This document shows, one piece after another, positions 48,341-61,164 of a stretch of DNA of 64,000 bases; position 1 is the first letter of the stretch; each line of letters begins with the position of its first letter. Location: contig QPGO01000011.1 of NCBI GenBank assembly GCA_008632985.1, positions 248,001-312,000 of the forward strand, read 5' to 3'. Origin of the DNA: Psammoneis japonica. Taxonomy: Eukaryota. The position numbers were made by a program, and so were the translations under genes. The notes below the pieces were generated by a model that was not told where the DNA came from, made no database searches, and saw nothing but the letters and a program-made list of their open reading frames with translations.

Positions 48341-48564
48341 TTCTTTGAAGTCTGTCGTAGCACATCACTCTCACTCGAGTCTTCTTGTACTTGAATTAGT
48401 TTCCTCTTTTTAGTTTTCTTGTTGTTCCGTTTCGAGGAGCCTTGAATCGGGGACGAATCGTTCGTCGTTGCTGCATCCGCATCGACAAAGCCATCATCAT
48501 CAGACTCCTCTCCTACTACCGGATTCAAGTATTCGTCTTCACTACCCAGATCGTCTCCACCCAT
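47675..48564 (-). CDS. CMS1: CMS1/CMSS1 (U3-containing 90S pre-ribosome factor)
   Basis: MGGDDL, GSPMVLIVTVSA.RA, AKLFAKHM, AVGTPHRLQAL and LVVLD. About three 1-bp frameshifts. Confidence 0.85.
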
Positions 48565-48916
48565 GTTGTTGTTGTTTAACGATAATACTGAAAGGAGGTT
48601 TGTGGCAAAGCAAATAGGTAGAAACGAACAACGAACAACGAGGCAGGGTGTGGGATTTTTTTGTCGGAGGGAAACTTTGTGTGGCGGTTATCGCGCAGTG
48701 TCGTGGAGGGGAAGCGGACAGACAGTTGCTGCATGAAGGAGATAGTCATAGATACCTATAGAACGACCGCCTGTCCACGATGATCTAAAACTACTCGTGG
48801 AGTTCGCGAGCTATCTAAGAAAGAGTGTAATACATGTATAATTGACTGAATAATACATATCCGCAGTGCCGAACTCGCACTCGGCATTTTCAATCCGTTG
48901 CTGAAACGAAGCGACC

Positions 48917-49783
48917 ATGGTATGTTGATTGCGCTGTCATAGATGGAGGACTTGCCTCGGTGTTGCATCTCCTGGTGAATATGCACGGATATTGAGTCGG
49001 AGCGCAAACGATTCGGATGCAAGTCATGTGACGAGAGAGCAGCAACAAAAGCAAAAAGACCGAATCTATTTTGATTTTTCACAAACATACAAGTACCGTT
49101 CAGCGATCGTTGTGTTGTTCGAATGAAACCTGAAACTCACGCCTTGTCTTATCTATCTTTGTAAATAGGAGGTTGGAAAGCTTGTAGCCGTGATTGGGGA
49201 TGAGGTAGGATTGGCTGTGGCATTATCGTTTGCGTGTTTTTGGCGAGCCGAAGAAGCAAGATTCCGTTTTTGCTATTTTTTGTTGAAATCCGACGCCTGA
49301 CGAGGGAATTTCAACTCGCTTTCTTGATGTCATTACAATATTGTTCGAACTGAAGTGCTCATCTCTTCTTATCTGCTGTTGTTTCTCAGGACACTGTGAC
49401 TGGTTTCTTGTTGGCGGGAGTCGGACACCGAACCGCAAACTCGTCCAACTTTTTGATTGTCAAGGCAGACACCAAGTTGCAGCAGGTGGAGGAAGCCTTT
49501 CAGAACTTTTCGACACGGGAGGATATTGGGATTATTCTCATTAATCAACACGTGGCCAATGATATTCGTCATGTATTGAAAGATTACAATGCCACCATTC
49601 CGACGGTCCTGGAAATCCCGAGCAAGGAGCATCCGTATGATCCGGAACAAGATTATATCATGGTAAGTGGTTTGTTCCGATGGAGTTTGTTGCTGAACGA
49701 GTCGATGGTGTCTCATTCAGACGACTGTTGTTTTATACTGGACGTAGCAACGTGTCAACATGTACCTGGGAGGAGGAATGTAA
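48917..49783 (+). CDS. ATP6V1F: V-type ATPase subunit F, 4 coding exons
   Basis: Exons 48917-48919 (ATG only, tentative), 49169-49204, 49390-49662 and 49748-49783. GKLVAVIGDE-DTVTGFLLAGVG...EIPSKEHPYDP. Confidence 0.92.
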
Positions 49784-49912
49784 TAAAACTAAAGATGATA
49801 GAAAGGAAGCAGTTCCTCATGAAGGATTGATTCAGTAGATAGTAACCTGAGCAACTTTTATCTTTTTCGACTCTCTCGCAACGCGTATTGTCACCCTTTT
49901 CGAAATAGCATT

Positions 49913-52900
49913 TCACTTCAACACAAGGAACGAATGTACTTCCTTCACAAACACATCAAAGTCCTTCTTGAAGTGCACACGGTTCATCCTTCCCTCGTAA
50001 CCTCCACTCGCTACTTTACCCAACACATTAGGTTTCATCAAGGTCTGAAAGGCTGCCTGAAGCCGGGCTTGATGCTCCGAAGGAACTCGTTGAGTCAGTC
50101 CATTCACCACCGCCACAAATCGGTTAATGTCAACGGCTGCCAGTGGCAAGAGGGCCATTCCTGCCGGTTCAAGTCGGTCCCATACGACCGGTTGAAATAT
50201 GACTTCTTGCAACAATCGACGTGAACACTTGTCAAAAATGTCAGGGTGTTGCGACAAGTGTTGCTCCAAGCATTTCGTTTTGAGGTGCTCCCGTGCGATT
50301 CCTGTGATGCCACGAAGGGAGCTCTTGGACACAAAGGTATCCACATGTCTCATTCCAAACAGGAGAGATTCCAACAAGGCGTCAAACAACTCAAAAGGCA
50401 ACACGCAGACCTTTTCGGGGTACGAGTCCATCATGAAACCAACAAGAGAAAAGTACTGCGTGCACAAGGTTGGAAACTGAAGGAGACCCTGAGTCATGAG
50501 TGGAACAATTTGCTGCAAACCGAAGAAAATCACATCAGTCACTTGAGATGATTCGATTCCTGCTGCTCCCGTCTCGGCCGTGCATATATCAATAAAGTCC
50601 TTGGTCCCTAAATGAATCAATAGCTGGATGGCGCAGAGTACATCATTGTAGCTCTGCTCCTCTTCGGCGCTGACCTCCACAGCTGATGAACGTTTAATGA
50701 CGCGAGAGGAACAGTGGTGACTGGAATAGCTTCGCAAGAGTTCGGCCGAGGCATTGAACAAGGCAATACATTCGTCGCGATTGAGCATGGCAACAAACTG
50801 CTCTGCGTAATCTCGAAACGTTCTCAACAAACTTTCACAGACTGTTAAATCCTGAGCATAAAACAGCATTAATCCCGACAAATTCGGTAACGAGGGAGTA
50901 ATAAATTGGGGGATTCGTTCCGCGTTGGTCATTTCGCTAGCTCTCGCAGCGCCGCCGTACAGTTCAACACAAAGACAGGCCATTTCACGCGCATTGACAT
51001 CATCTGGAGAGACCTTCTTTGTGCTGTTGAAACGAAAGTAAGAATCAATAAACAAAAGTCAGAAGAATCGATATTACGGGCAAACTTTGCTCTCGAAGTA
51101 CTCACGAGAGAGCTTGTACCAGAGCCGAGAACGCAGAATGTACAGGCCCCAAGCATTCACTGAGCATTGCCTTGGACGAATCGTTATCCTCGCTGCTTGC
51201 AATTAACAGTACTGTAAGTATGGATGCCTTTGCTGCGTACGGCAAACGCTGATAGCTTCGAACTGTCTCCATAGGAGGGACACCGCCGCCCTTCCCGTGG
51301 ACGGCAGCTTCGAGCTCAGACGGAGGTGCATTGTGGCGTATTCCGGCAGTGAGAGAATGGACCATCACGAGTTGATGAAAAGATGGTGACGAAATCATCA
51401 AGTTGCGTATTTGCGCTCCACGTTTTGCCAGGGAGAGAAGGAGCAACGAGGCACCGTCTTGTACCTGCCCTTCGAGCGGCCAGTAACAGTGATAGTGTAA
51501 ACACAACGTCACACAAAAGGAAACAACCTGTTGAGCAGACTCGGGGCTTGACCAGGCATTCAGGATGCCACTATTCTTGTTGGTTCCACCATAGTCGGTG
51601 GGCATAACATAGGCTGGCGCCCAACGATTCAGAAACCACAAGAAAGACTTTGCGAGCAAGGGAGAGAGTCGAGGATTGAAGCATCCGTGGCAATTCTGGA
51701 CGCTTGTAACTCAGCCAACGACAGCAGAGATTGCACTACGGATACAATAGAATTTGTAAGATTGTCATTTCCATTGCAGGCGGTCACAATCGACTCTGGA
51801 ATAACGGGTGTCTCGCCTTCGTTGTCGTCTGTAAGTAGGTGACCTACGACATGATCATGAGACGAGCTTCTTCTAACAGAGCGGCATCTTCAGGAGCAAC
51901 ATGCACAGTAAGACCCCCTCCTTGTTCCCACAAGGATCTCAACCTCGGGAAAACATTTTGCAAAAGAGAGGAAAGGCAAGCCAAGGATGACGAAACGTTG
52001 AGTCTGCCACGGAGGCGGCAGACATCATTTCTTCTGCCAGATTCAGCTCACTAATTTCTTCTCGAACCTCATCCAAGTCTGCTTCATTCGATGTCAAGTA
52101 CAATTCTTCCATGCGGGCCATTCGGGTTCGACATGTCAGATATGAGGTATAGAGCGGTGCTAGACACTCTGCTAGTGAATTGCGCGCAGTCTGTCGAGTT
52201 TCTTCCGTTCCAGAATACAATAGCCATGGGTCGTCACAAAGTAAGACCGCTCCTTCCCATAAGATCGTAAGGGCTTCCTCACGCCACTCGCCATGTTCCA
52301 TGCTTTCAATATCACCCCTTACCCTTTCACATTCGTCCGCGTTTGCTTGCAGTAGTGCCGTACCAGTTGATGTAATAACGGTTAAAAGCTGGTTCAAAGT
52401 TGGAAGTTTGATCAAACGCACCAGCTTGAAATTGGCAATAATCCGGGAAACCATAGCAAGGACGTCCAGCAGCTCAGACGACTCCTGGGCTTGTTTCTCT
52501 GCGGAAATGGACGAAGGCAATAGTTGAAGGGTGCCGTCCACCAGGTATGAGGCAAACGCAATTCGTTGCTCTACATCTGAAAATATCGGTCCAGTAAGCG
52601 AAGCCAACAAGAGAAGCAGCTGTCGTAAGCCATGAGCAAGTTTCTCATCTCTAAAGGCCAAATTGTGAACGTGAAAAATAGCCCCGCAAAAGTCGGGTCG
52701 AATAAGGTACTCTCCCCACTGAGCAGGAGCATGCAGCAGTGTCTTTCCGCTCGAATGTGGAATTGAACCGTCCCAAGCCTCAGTCCCAAAGTCCCAGGAT
52801 ATAATATCTACCGTCAGTTGTACTACTGCCATTGCAGTATCATGAGTGGTAGGGCCGTTTTCGGCAATAGACGACACAACATTACTCAGTGCTCCCATAC

Positions 52901-53579
52901 TCAGCTTGAGGCATTGATCCAACCATCCATCCTCTTCAAAGGACGCGTGAGCTTGCTTATGAAATTCCAATGGCAAATGATATTGTACAGCCGATTTTCC
53001 CATGAATTCACCAACCAGTACTGAAAGAAAGGTTGCTCCTGGAGCTATATGACTGGAAGAAGGTTGAAGTAGATTATCCAGGTAGTGAAAGAGGTCCTCA
53101 CGACTCTTCAAATGCGGCATGTCTGGTATTTGACGTTGCATTGCATCTATAAGTGCCTGTTCTTCTTGTCCTACAGCTTTGCTAGGAATCCCCTGTGCTT
53201 GTTCAGTCCATTGTCGCTTCCAAAATGATGCACACGTGGAATAACACGCAACTCGAACCATTCTAGATAGCACATTTTGATGCCCCAGAGTAAACACAAA
53301 ATCTCGAACCACATTCCTGAAGTCTACTGAAAATGTTTGCCACTTGTGTAGGATTACATGCCGACAACCGGTAATGCAGTGAAAAAGTAGCTCTTCTTTG
53401 GACGCGTCATGTTGCAGCTCAAGTACCGTTCTCAGAAAGAGAAATCGTTCGTCCCCCGAATCTCGTATTGCTTCCAACGCTGCATGGGCAACTGCCGCAG
53501 GATTGTTTGTTGCTCCTTTAAATCCCGCTGGTGGAGCAGTTAATAGATGCTGTAGCTCTGCTGCTGCCGATGACTGCAT
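49913..53579 (-). CDS. XPO4: Exportin-4-like karyopherin
   Basis: LPLEFHKQAHASFE, WFLNRWAPAY and LLQFPTLCTQYFSLVGFMMDSYPEKV. Intron 51024-51105. Frameshifts near 52000 and 51670. Confidence 0.82.
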
Positions 53580-53912
53580 TGTGTTCTATTCTAAAAAGCA
53601 ATGATGGAAAAGTAGTCTCTATCAGGCTTGTCGCGAACGCATTTCTCAATTTTTATCTCATCGTCGTCATGCATCATCGATCAATCGATCGCTCGTCGGT
53701 CGCGTCAGGTCGTCGGGTCGTCGGTCGTCGGTGGTCGGTTGGAACGAAGAATCATCTGCGCGATCACGAATCTCCCGTCAAAAAGACGAAAAGACAGCGC
53801 AGACAATCTTTCTACGTAGTTTCTACGTGCATTTGTATGAGGAAAAATCCCTCTCTATTCGCGGAAGAATGTACGTAGCTTTCTACACATTTTCAGTACT
53901 GAACTTTGTGAC

Positions 53913-56900
53913 ATGCAGGCGGAATTCGACAGGCCTTCCACCTCTGAATTTCCACGTGTTTTCTACGCGAAAAAACGCAGTACCCGCTTCTTCACCGGCG
54001 GCCATGATGTGGATGCAGCGCCACTAATTGTAATGATTACCTCTACCAAAAGCTCCGAAAAGCCACCAAGCTCGAGCATATCTGAACCATTCACATCAGA
54101 ATCACAAATCAACGAAAAGTCCGGTGGTAAAAGGGCCGCTGAAGGTCCAGAAACGGGTGAAAAAAGTGGTCGTGACCTCGATCCCGTACAGTCAGATATT
54201 CTACGTGAAACCAGTACTGAGGCTACGTCCAGATCCGAATTACCCCGCAAGGATGAGGTGAAGACAGCGACGAAAGAAACTACGCAGGAGATGAAAGAGA
54301 CGAAGCCTAATCCACCAACGGGCCCAAACATAGACGCAAACGCTAAAGAGGTATCGGAAGCGCGGAAAAGGCATGCTGAAATCGCAAAGACAAGCGCCGA
54401 ATCGAATCAAAAAGACAACATACCGAAAACAACAGACGCGACTGATCAGGCACGTCCGGAAACAGCTTCCGACATTGAACAACCAGGCAACGGAGATATG
54501 AACGCGATAGTAAAAGATACAGGAAACGATAGAGTCACTCATGACAGAGCCAAAGAGCCGCTCGTCAAGACTCTAACCACGACGCAAGCGCCGCAAAATG
54601 TAGCAACGACCACACAGTCAAAGCACGAGCAAGCGCCACCCAAACTGGTATCGGGAATCGCCAAGAACCCAAAGACTGTTACATTTGATATGAACGACTC
54701 CACGATGAAACCACCTGGCCAGGCTGCGGGGTTGGATCAAAACGCTCGTGGCTCCTCCTCTATTCCAAAAGATACGACTCAACTGTTGTCTCAAACTGCC
54801 AAAGGTGACGCATCTTCCAGGTCTCCGTCTGTATCCCCTGTGAATGTAAATCCTGCATCCGAACTTTCTTATGACGAAACCGTGAGGAGACTGCGCGCTC
54901 CACTGGTTGATGCTTATGGCTCATTCATTGCTCCGACCGACACATCCTTGGCATCTGCCCGCGAGCGACTGAAAACCGCTCTGGAGGAGACGCGCATGCT
55001 CCGTCAGGCCTTTACGGAGCGTGTTTACGAGAAATACAGGGTAGTGTTGCAGCCAGTTCCCACCTCCATTGAACCGGTTATTGAGAACATAAAGGCAGAT
55101 CCAGAGGGTGCCGCCCGCAAGATCCATGAGCAGATGCGAATCATCAAGCAAGAGAAGGAAATCGAGAAAAAGGAGGCCCAGAAGCTCCATGCGCATGCGG
55201 CCGCCAGTGCTGTAGGCGACGGCACAGCACTAAACACGAGAGCTCATACACAAGAAACGGCCGAGCAGCTCGCATGGTTTGGTGCTGGCTTGAATATCGT
55301 CATTCTTCCTGAAGACGACGCGGCTGGAGAGATTGACAGAAGCGTTTATCCTCACCGCGGTCCGACCAATCCTGAAACAGGGCAGCGTGTGCCTGGCCTT
55401 AGTGCCGCGGCCGCATCTGCAGCGGAAGGCTTGTTGGACCGAGTCAGAAGAGGCGGAGCGATTCGAATGGAACGTCAGCGAATGCGTCAGTTGAAACTCC
55501 TTTCCGGGGAAGACACTGAGGGAGAGGCAGACAACAGCGCATATTTCTCGCACTTGCTTTCTGGAAGCTCTTCAGGAAGGACCAACCTTGGAATATCGGC
55601 ACCTACTTCATCAACCACTGGTAAATCTTCCAAGCGATCATCGAGTGCTTCAAGGGGGAACTCAAGCTTTGCTTCCCCACTTCACACTGGCGGCAAGGGA
55701 AGCCGGGGTCGGTCTCAAACCGCACTAACAGGGAGCAACTTACTGAGCCTGAACCCTCACAACGAAGAACTGAACCCACACGGAAGCTCATCCACAGCGG
55801 CAACTGCTGCGCTTGTCTCCAAAGGTGTCGGCACCGTCACGAACAGTAGAACGGTGCAGCAGCGCTGGCGGCATCCTCATCCAGAGTCACATGGCGGGAA
55901 GCGATTGGCGCTCACAGCCCAGGCAAATAGCAAAAAGCTCGACGGAAGCAAAACTGCTCTATCCGGTGTTTCTCCAATGCCCATGTCGACGTATCTGGCG
56001 CTTGCACTCCCACCCATTCCGACAGCAAAGGAGAGAAAAGAGAAGAAATCGGTACAAACTCTGAGCCCCGCGATCGCAACGAGCGCGAGAAGCATGGATG
56101 CTATTCACTGCGTACTTGCGCAATTTGGCGATGCAGAACTCGATGAGCTAGCCCCGCAAAAGCCCGAGCCGTCGACTTTGGACGAAACGAAGTTGCCCCA
56201 AACCAAGGGATGTGATACCGGCGTCGAAGAAAACCAGAAAGACAAAAGTACCGCAGAGAAATCAGAATGTCCCGATCATACCAACCGATCAAAGGATAGC
56301 GCATCACTGAAAAGACGGAAACGACACATCACTGAGATTGGCCTCCATCGCGGACTGCAGCAAGTAAGAGAACAAATGGTTCCGAAACAGTCGGAGGTGC
56401 CAATGCCGGCTGCCAACCGAACAGAGACTGGAGCCGATGTCCGAAGTAGCCCAAACCACGATGCGCGTACAGAGCCCACAAGGCAGCAGTCTCAGATTGA
56501 TCCAATTCTTGCTTTTTCGGTGTTGACAGCTCTCGGTGTCGTTAGTGAAGTTGGCAAGTCATCACAGTCCCGGTATTCAACTCTACTCGCACGTCTTTTC
56601 CAAAACAAAGAAGATCTACCAAAGCCCGGAGATATCGTTGGTACGCCATCAATGTCAAACGCTGAACAGACAGAAAGTCCCGACGCGAACAACGCCCAGC
56701 GCGATACTGTCATTCTTGGGGCTGCGTCGAGGAAGCGGCGCTTTTCGGAGGCTTTTTCCAAGTTGATAGTTGACAAGGAACCGTCAGCGAGCAAAAAGGC
56801 ATGTACCACGGAAGCTACGGAAATGAATGCCGAACGTGCTGCAAAGGAGCCTGGGAACAAAAGTGCCGCGGAAGACTCGATTCTTGCGTCGATTCGAGGA

Positions 56901-59900
56901 GGCGGAGAAGCAATTCTTGCGTCTGTAGATGTCAATGTGGACAAGAACGTCGCGGAAACGGAAAAGAAGGATCCAAATGATGACGCCAGTGTTGAGGTGG
57001 CGGTACATTCGATTCGAGGCGGTGGAAAGGCTCTTCCAGACTCACCTGAAGACCAGGAAGATACTGAAGTTGAAGTACCTTCGGAGTCTGAGACGGGAAT
57101 CTTGGGCCCCAACTACCCGGGGTTCGACGCATCCAAACTCAACAGAAGAACAAATTCTCCTGCAGGATTCTCCCCTCAAAGGAACATTCGGATGCAAGGC
57201 AACATGAGAGGAGGGTCCCCTGATCCGTTGCTGTCTCACGGGATCGGTAATCCCGTTGATAGACGCCAGATGCCACTTGCGCGTACCTCGTTGCTTCATC
57301 AGCCTGCCCCGTCAATTGGACCCATGATTCCACAAGCAGACATGCCCGAGTATTATGGAGGTATTCCCCACAGTTCTGAAGCTCATGGTAGGTTCGGCTC
57401 CGGTCCACCTGAATGGCCGCCCTTAGGTGCGGCAGGGCTCCTCCCTCCGCACTCGTCTCTGGCCGCGCTGGGGGTGAGTCCTCAACGGGCAGCCGTTGTC
57501 AGCATGCATGTTCAGGAGAGAGCTGCGAGTGTCTTGCTTGCGAGGGAACGTGCTGCTTTAGCACAGCGACATGCGGCCGCGGTGAGAGGAGGTTCGGGTA
57601 TCTCTGGTCTCTCGCCACGCGCTGCTGCATTAATGGGAGCTTCCACAGGCCACCCTAACCCCAACCTGTACCAGACTAATTATGCGTCACGAATGGGGCC
57701 TCCATCGGCGGCTTCCGGTCGCATTCTTTCCGGCTCTTCTCGTCCAAGGCGGAGAAACAGTGCGCCGTCCGCGCAAGTGATGCAGTCTGAGAAGCGCAAT
57801 CAGTCTGAGATCACCGAATCATCCAAAAAAGAAGCTCCAGAACCAGCCAGGAAACGTTCCTCTGGTGATAAGGAAGCAAAGAGCGCACCGTTGGATACAC
57901 CGTCTGAGAAGAGCGACGACCATAAAATGCATAGGAGCGCAGCGACTACTCCAACACCTCGTGCGTCACCCGTGGATGTTGATCCATCAAAGAATCAAAA
58001 GCTTGATGAAAAGGATGCGACATCAAAAGAGACAAACACCCCCGTGGTTACCGCAGGAATGGCTTTCTTCGTCCCGAAGCCCCCACAATCGTTGCCAACA
58101 GACATCGCCGATCACATCACCGCATCGCGTTTCCATGTAGCAGCTGGACAATTGACGAAAGGCAAAGGCAAAAAGGAGGAAAAGTTGTCGTCTTTGCTCC
58201 TTGAATATCTTCTTGCAGTTGGTTCTGCGGTACCTATCCCTAAGGCGCTTGTGTCAAATCCTTTGAAAGATAGACTGAATACGCCTGGTTTCAAAAGCAC
58301 TGGATCGAGCAATTCTCCGGCTCTTCCAAGAGAAATCATTGTCGCTTCAATCATGGTGTGGTTGTGGGTCGAGCACAAAGATAGCTTCCAACGTGCTTTC
58401 GCCAAGCGTGGGCGAATTGACGTCGATCCTGAGTGCAAGTGGCTGATCGTCGCAGCTGTAGATGCATCAGTTAGAGCACTAATGTTAGAGATCGCGGACT
58501 CAGTCGCTCGGGATGGCCCGCTTGCCGTATTCGCGGGCAACCGGAGTAAGCAAAGTTCTGGAACGTTCAAGAATCCACCGACAGGCGGGGAGAACGATGG
58601 CGAGAAGAAAGCTGGTGGGTCCACGCAGCTTGACATCCAGATTGCTTCGATCGTAAACGAGGCTCTGATGACTGAACTTTGCGTTGATGATGATATGGTA
58701 TGTAGCGCACTCCCTTTCTGACTCCGTTTTGTGTCGAAGAACCGACTTAGTTTCATCTCACGTCTTTTGGATATCTTATTTCATTGCAGGACGCCATGCT
58801 CCCTCATTTCGGAGACCTCGTGAAGGAACTAGACTCGCGTCGCCTCGCTGCTCTGAAGGCAAAAAGTCGAGAGCGGGCGTTGCTTGCTGCGTTGATATCA
58901 CGGCGTGCGTCAATGACCGAGGCGTTCTCGCATGCGTATGTCAGCGCCATGGTTCGAGCAGGAGAGGCACTCGGGCACAACGAACTCTTTGAAGCCGTTC
59001 AAGACGAAGGCTCTTCAACTTCAACCATGATACCGTATGATATATTCATCGACGAGACGGGAGCCTGGGAAGACCCGTGTAGAGAGAAATCTGGCTTTAC
59101 GCCTAACCTTACTGGAGATGACATGTTCCGTAGGGCTCATGCTCGTGCAATGATACAGAAATCGCTCAAGAAGCTGCAAGACCGTCACCACATCAAACAG
59201 GGTGCCGCGAGTGCTGGCCCCTACAGAGATCCACCACCTGTCGGCGCCAGCGGTGGTGCCAATGCATCGCCAAATAGTGTCTCTGACGGAAGGTCAGGGT
59301 CTGGGTCCCTGCAGAGGTCCAACAGCGGCTTGAAGCGAAAGGCTTCGTTCAACCTCGGAGCCGACGTCCCGGCTACGACCGGGAGTGGTTCAGCTCCCGC
59401 AACTAGTATGTCACTTTACAGGCCCAACCATTACTCATCGCCTCTCATTTGGGACTGCGATCATTTGGATAATTCACCTTATGGGAGACACGTCGTAGGT
59501 GCGAGGAAGAGGGCGTTGTCGTTCGGGCGCGCTTCTGCCTATCAGGGAGGGGGGAAGAGAAGGAAAAACTCGAGAGGGGCTAGATCGATGAGTGTCAGCT
59601 TGCCCGCTCCTTCTGCTGTCGTTGACGATGCTTTGATAAGTAGCTCAGGCGTTCGACGAAGCACCACAGAAATTGATTGGTCCGAAGTTGCAGAGGCGTT
59701 TGAACCCGTCTCGATCACACGTCCAAGCACTCCGACCTCGAGGAGAGTTGTGGAGCATGCCGCGGTCACACCAGGAAGGACGATAATCGCCCCGTTCTGT
59801 CGAAAGTTCGAGACCCTACCGGAAGACAGTAGCGATGAAGATTCCCAAGAGGAAGATATAAGCGATGCCGCTGTTCTCGCGAGACACCGGGTTGTGCTTG

Positions 59901-59992
59901 ACGAGATGAAGAGGAAGCTCGAGAAGGTGATGGCTGCCCGACAGCTTGCGGGTCAACGGGGAGTTCGGAGAAGCTCGAGTAACGCGAAGTAG
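53913..59992 (+). CDS. Large, mostly disordered protein (~1,950 aa) with a C-terminal PEHE-like motif
   Basis: Two long ORFs joined in frame by a GT-AG intron at 58698-58789. The start may be 54033. Confidence 0.75.
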
Positions 59993-61164
59993 TAGTGGCA
60001 GCGCCTTCGATGTGTTCTATCTACAGAAGAAGAAGAGATCATAGAAAATAATGAGACAAAAAAGAATGAATGCAATGAAAAATCAAATAATTGTCTTCGT
60101 ACCTGTCGCTCTCTACTGTAGAGAGAGGTCGTCAAGCAAAGCATAAGCAAGCAAAAGTAGTAAAAGGGGTTGCCCGCCCACTCTGCATAATCGAGCAGTG
60201 AGATAACATCATGACTGCTGGCATCGAGGGAACAGAAACCCTTAAGTAAATCGGACAAATAGGAGACAGTAGAAATCAGTATCTTGGCTACACCACGACA
60301 TTTTGGTACCGAACACTTGAACTCGCTGTCGGCGTTGCTGCGACCGCGTTGTTTCCGATGAGGAGTGAACACCATCTCCACCATGCGTGTTCCTTTTCCG
60401 CCAGTGCTGTGGGAAAAATTTCCATATCATTGCCAAAGTGAAGCTTAATGAAATGCCTTAGTCTGTCAAAAGCTGGAGAATCGAAAAGCTTGCGAATGAA
60501 ATTTGTTCTTTTCGACGCGCGTGTATGTGCGATTACAAAGTACGAGTAGCAGTACATCACACAACAAAGTGAAGAGACAAGTGACAAGGGTTCTCTTCAT
60601 CAAGGGAACGTGCATGACATATAATAGAAAAATGGCAGCGATGATGAAACTTCTCGCCACAACTCTGGAGAATCATTATCATTTCGTTTTCGTCGGCCAT
60701 CAATTTGTCAGAAAAAAGCCAAAGTTTTCCATCGCCAGCGAACACAATTTAAAAAACGCCGCTACCACCACTTGCAGAGGAAGACATGAGAGATTACTTA
60801 CATCATTTTGATCAAGTTATAGCATGAAAAAAGTCGACGAGATGGGAAGCGGCCTGGATAAATTCATGGCAGCACATACATCGCGAGTGCAATGCGGAAA
60901 TCACGAAAAAATGAGAATGCTTGATGCTTCTCGTGGCGTGGGCGTGGGAGGTCGCGCGCTTTTCGCTCTCGGACACCGGGGGGAGTTCGGGCGACAACCA
61001 TGACGTACGACGACCGACCACCGACGGCATTCTAAGATACGGTAAAGTTGGAAGGTGAGAAGTACCGTGTATTCCAGCGAGAGGACAACTAAAACAAAAG
61101 GGATAACGAAGAGATCAATTCTGAATGCTGACAGAGGTAGTTGTAGGCATAGTCTACAAAAAGT

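Noticed and set aside
60000..61160. Possible ncRNA or small gene in the 1.1-kb intergenic region
   Set aside because: No tRNA, snRNA or snoRNA motif was recognised, and the short ORFs lack any recognisable similarity.
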